Of a stretch of 37,676 nt of DNA, positions 35,168-37,676 are shown piece by piece. The notes beneath the pieces are model-generated. The model saw only the letters and a list, made by a program, of their open reading frames with translations, did not search any database and was not told the origin of the DNA. Source of the DNA: a bacterium. GTDB lineage: Bacteria; Patescibacteriota; Saccharimonadia; Saccharimonadales; UBA4665. The position numbers and the translations under genes are program-made. Location of the stretch: the NCBI GenBank assembly GCA_037134095.1, contig JBAXMV010000001.1:1-37676 (forward strand), in the 5' to 3' direction. Numbering within the stretch: position 1 is the first letter of the stretch; every line of letters begins with the position of its first letter.

Positions 35168-36037
35168 ATGTACAAACGCATTCCATGGCGATCAATTGCT
35201 GTAATAACCATACTTCTCGTAACTATTTCGGCAATAACAATTTATCTCATAAGAAATCCAAAGTTATTTGAGCTTCTAAAAAATACATCGCCAATAGTAG
35301 TTGCCCTAATTTTTATCTTATATCTGCTTTTTATCCTGTCCCTGGCATTTATAAACGATGCAACACTTAAACTCTGCAAGCAACCAATCAAAGCGTCAGA
35401 AAGTTTGCTAGTTACCATGTATTCATCTGTAGTTAATTTTTTTGGACCTTTGCAAAGTGGCCCAGCTTTCCGAGCATTATATTTCAAGAAACTACACAAC
35501 GTAGATCTCAAGAAATTTACCTTAGCAACTTTCGCCTACTACATATTTTATGCGTTATTCAGTGGCATTTTTTTACTGGCGAGTAGTATAACTTGGTGGC
35601 TGTTACCGCTTTTTGCAGCTGGATTTAGCCTAGTATTCATCTACGCCAAAACTCGGCCATATACGCTTAATAAAATTAAAATACTGAACCTGAGATTTAT
35701 TGGCTACTTAGGTATAGCTACTCTCGTACAGATCCTCATCCAAGCGGTCATCTATTACGTAGAATTAAATTCCATTATATCTGGAGTTGGAATAGGGCAG
35801 GTGCTGGCATATACCGGGGCAGCCAATTTCGCGCTTTTCGTGTCTATTACTCCTGGTGCTATTGGATTTAGAGAATCATTCTTGTTATTTAGCGAAAAAC
35901 TACATCATATAAGTAGCGGCAATATAGTGGTGGCTACAACCCTCGATAGAGCAGTTTATGTAACAGTCTTAATATTTTTAGCAATAATTATATTTGCAAC
36001 CCACGCTCAGAAGAAATTCACTAATCTAGACAAGTAA
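35168..36037 (+). CDS. Flippase-like membrane protein (UPF0104/MprF-TM family), second copy
   Basis: It is polytopic, with a C-terminal motif SITPGAIGFRESFLLF analogous to the PxGxG.E motif of 30045..31001. Confidence 0.55.
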   Translation: MYKRIPWRSIAVITILLVTISAITIYLIRNPKLFELLKNTSPIVVALIFILYLLFILSLAFINDATLKLCKQPIKASESLLVTMYSSVVNFFGPLQSGPAFRALYFKKLHNVDLKKFTLATFAYYIFYALFSGIFLLASSITWWLLPLFAAGFSLVFIYAKTRPYTLNKIKILNLRFIGYLGIATLVQILIQAVIYYVELNSIISGVGIGQVLAYTGAANFALFVSITPGAIGFRESFLLFSEKLHHISSGNIVVATTLDRAVYVTVLIFLAIIIFATHAQKKFTNLDK

Positions 36038-36038
36038 C

Positions 36039-36896
36039 TCAAGTAATCAATCCGTTGACTGAAAGTATCAAGCACCAAAGTGATACAGCAATAAGAGACA
36101 TCAGAAACATATTTTTGCCCCAGATAATATTATCTAATGAATTGAATTTGGTCAGTCCATAGCATAGCCAGGCAGAAGCGAGCAGTACAAATACAATGAG
36201 GGAAGCCTCATTAATCAAACTCATTATATAAAGTACAGTGCAGCTTATTGCAAAAGCTAAAATGTAAAACAAAGTGCTAATTTTAGTTCGTGTATTGCCC
36301 TTAACAACAGGAAGAACAGGAACTTTTGCTTGTTTATAATCTTTTTGTCGATACATCGCGATTGCATAGAAATGTGCCATCTGCCAACACGCAAGAGACA
36401 AGAACAATACAACAGCAGTAGAATCAATATTATTAGCAACTGCAGTGTAGCCCGCAACCGGTGGCAGAGAACCGGAAAGGCTACCAACCAATGTACCGGC
36501 AGAGGATTGTCTCTTGAAATATGAATAAACCACGACATATAAAAATGCGCCCATGAGCCCCAGGATAGCCGTGAGTAAATTTACGAAAAGAACTAATATT
36601 GTAATGCCCGATAATCCAAGTGCTGATGAATAAATTAGTGCCGCTTTTACACTGATCCGTTTTTTAACTAGAGCCCGGTCTTTGGTTCTAATCATCAATT
36701 TATCAATACGTCTGTCTATGACATTATTCAATACGCAGCTTGCAGCCACCACCAAACAAGAACCTATCAATGTAATCAATAACAGGGGCAGATCGATTGA
36801 AGTATACTTACTGGCAATCATAAAACCAGCAATCAGCGTCAGGGCATTTCCTCTGATGATGCCGGGCTTGGTTACATAATAATAATCTTTTATCAC
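36039..36896 (-). CDS. cyoE: Protoheme IX farnesyltransferase (heme O synthase)
   Basis: It has the UbiA-family motif NNVIDRRIDKLMIRTKDRAL and YVTKPGIIRGN at the N-terminus. Its GTG start overlaps the cyoD stop (GTGA). Confidence 0.88.
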   Translation of the reverse strand: MIKDYYYVTKPGIIRGNALTLIAGFMIASKYTSIDLPLLLITLIGSCLVVAASCVLNNVIDRRIDKLMIRTKDRALVKKRISVKAALIYSSALGLSGITILVLFVNLLTAILGLMGAFLYVVVYSYFKRQSSAGTLVGSLSGSLPPVAGYTAVANNIDSTAVVLFLSLACWQMAHFYAIAMYRQKDYKQAKVPVLPVVKGNTRTKISTLFYILAFAISCTVLYIMSLINEASLIVFVLLASAWLCYGLTKFNSLDNIIWGKNMFLMSLIAVSLWCLILSVNGLIT

Positions 36897-37282
36897 TGCT
36901 TAATGAGCTCGTCTTTACGTATGTAACTATCTGAACTATGTGCCATATTGTAATTTAGGTTATTCATAATCCAGATAGAGCCAAATACAACAATTAATAC
37001 TACCGTTGCAGCGAACACGAAGACAGTCACGTTCCAGCGAGGCTTACTCTCTCTGCCCAGATGCAAGAAAAATATTAATTGTACAAATAACTGCAAAATG
37101 GCCAGACTGATAATGATTGATACGACCTGCAAATTACTGGAATATAATTTTGCAGTCACAACATAGTACGCAATCAACGTCAGTATAATCGACAAAACAA
37201 AACCAGTGAGATAACTACCCAGACTTCCCAGACCAGCATCTCGTATTTCTGGCTTGATAGTTACTGTTGAACTTTTTTTCAT
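36893..37282 (-). CDS. cyoD: Cytochrome o (bo3) ubiquinol oxidase subunit IV
   Basis: It has three TM helices, GSYLTGFVLSIILTLIAY and the FLHLG motif. I prefer the ATG at 37282 (MKKSSTVT), which forms an ATGA overlap with the cyoC stop, over the listed 37324 start. Confidence 0.8.
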   Translation of the reverse strand: MKKSSTVTIKPEIRDAGLGSLGSYLTGFVLSIILTLIAYYVVTAKLYSSNLQVVSIIISLAILQLFVQLIFFLHLGRESKPRWNVTVFVFAATVVLIVVFGSIWIMNNLNYNMAHSSDSYIRKDELIKQ

Positions 37283-37676
37283 GATACCCCCATAAGATAG
37301 ACGACTGTAAAAATGAAAATCCAAATTATATCTAGAAAATGCCAGAACAGGCTAAACAATCCTAGCCGTTTGACAGCATGCTGCTTGAGGCCGTTTTTGA
37401 ATATCTGGTACCCCAGAGTAGCCAACCAGAACAATCCTACGGTTATATGCAGCCCATGCGTACCTACAAGAGTAAAGTACGATGACAAGAATGCACTTCT
37501 GGTCCAGCTATTACCCTCAACCACTAAGTGCCTAAATTCGAAAAGCTCCATAGACAAAAATGCTAGGCCTAATCCAAAAGTTATAGCAAGAGCTATAAGT
37601 AGTGCCTTTCGCTGTTTTTTGTGTACGGCAAGCATAGCCAGACCACAGGTGAAACTACTTGTGAGCAGCAGCATCG
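37279..37676 (-). CDS. cyoC: Cytochrome o ubiquinol oxidase subunit III (heme-copper oxidase subunit III), 5'-truncated by the window edge
   Basis: It has YFTLVGTHGLHITVGLFWL and FWHFLDIIWIFIFTVVYL, which are hallmark subunit III segments. The frame is open to the window end. Confidence 0.85.
   Translation of the reverse strand, partial: MLLLTSSFTCGLAMLAVHKKQRKALLIALAITFGLGLAFLSMELFEFRHLVVEGNSWTRSAFLSSYFTLVGTHGLHITVGLFWLATLGYQIFKNGLKQHAVKRLGLFSLFWHFLDIIWIFIFTVVYLMGVS

Noticed and set aside
37283-37324. A longer cyoD starting at 37324 (MDFHFYSRLSYGGI...)
   Set aside because: It would overlap cyoC by 46 nt. The ATG at 37282 gives the classic ATGA stop/start coupling and a typical CyoD N-terminus.
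1-37676. Alternative genetic code (UGA recoded as Gly or Trp, as in some candidate phyla and Mollicutes) to explain the in-frame TGA at 20408
   Set aside because: TGA terminates several well-supported genes at expected lengths (the GHKL ATPase, DUF2779, cyoC, cyoD). The same decayed frame also contains an in-frame TAA, so ordinary pseudogenisation explains it better.
1-37676. A CRISPR array, rRNA genes, tandem repeats or IS elements with terminal inverted repeats
   Set aside because: Reading through all intergenic regions, I saw no regularly spaced direct repeats, rRNA-like conserved stretches or intact transposase ORFs. All spacers longer than 100 nt are accounted for by promoters, the tRNA or gene remnants.

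Overview
This is an AT-rich bacterial window (GC not computed) with short intergenic spacers and many start/stop overlaps. The gene content is housekeeping genes (ybaB-recR, DHH phosphoesterase, cysS, gnd), abundant cell-envelope glycosylation and transport genes, and the tail of a cytochrome bo3-type quinol oxidase operon (cyoC-cyoD-cyoE). This resembles a reduced-genome, Patescibacteria/Saccharibacteria-like organism, but that is inference only. The standout is a block of about 12 kb (about 8.8-21.0 kb) immediately 3' of a tRNA-Gln(UUG) gene. It starts with a decayed serine-recombinase gene. Seven tightly coupled co-directional genes follow: a MORC-like GHKL ATPase, a Z1/SF2 helicase-like protein, a DUF4420-type PD-(D/E)XK protein, an AIPR protein, a C5 cytosine methyltransferase, a putative SRA-like/Mrr-type endonuclease and a DUF2779 double-nuclease protein. 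The block ends with a decayed Zn-ribbon/FtsK-gamma gene, an orphan ORF and a terminator. I read this as a degenerate integrated element carrying a methylation-linked, multi-nuclease defence system whose mechanism is, to my knowledge, experimentally uncharacterised. Other points are a frameshifted membrane-protein gene at the left edge, a RecR lacking its Cys4 zinc finger, and diverged paralogue pairs (alpha/beta hydrolase, AI-2E transporter, MprF-TM-like proteins). No CRISPR array, rRNA or intact transposase/integrase was seen. Family calls come from motif recognition by eye, and no database search was run.
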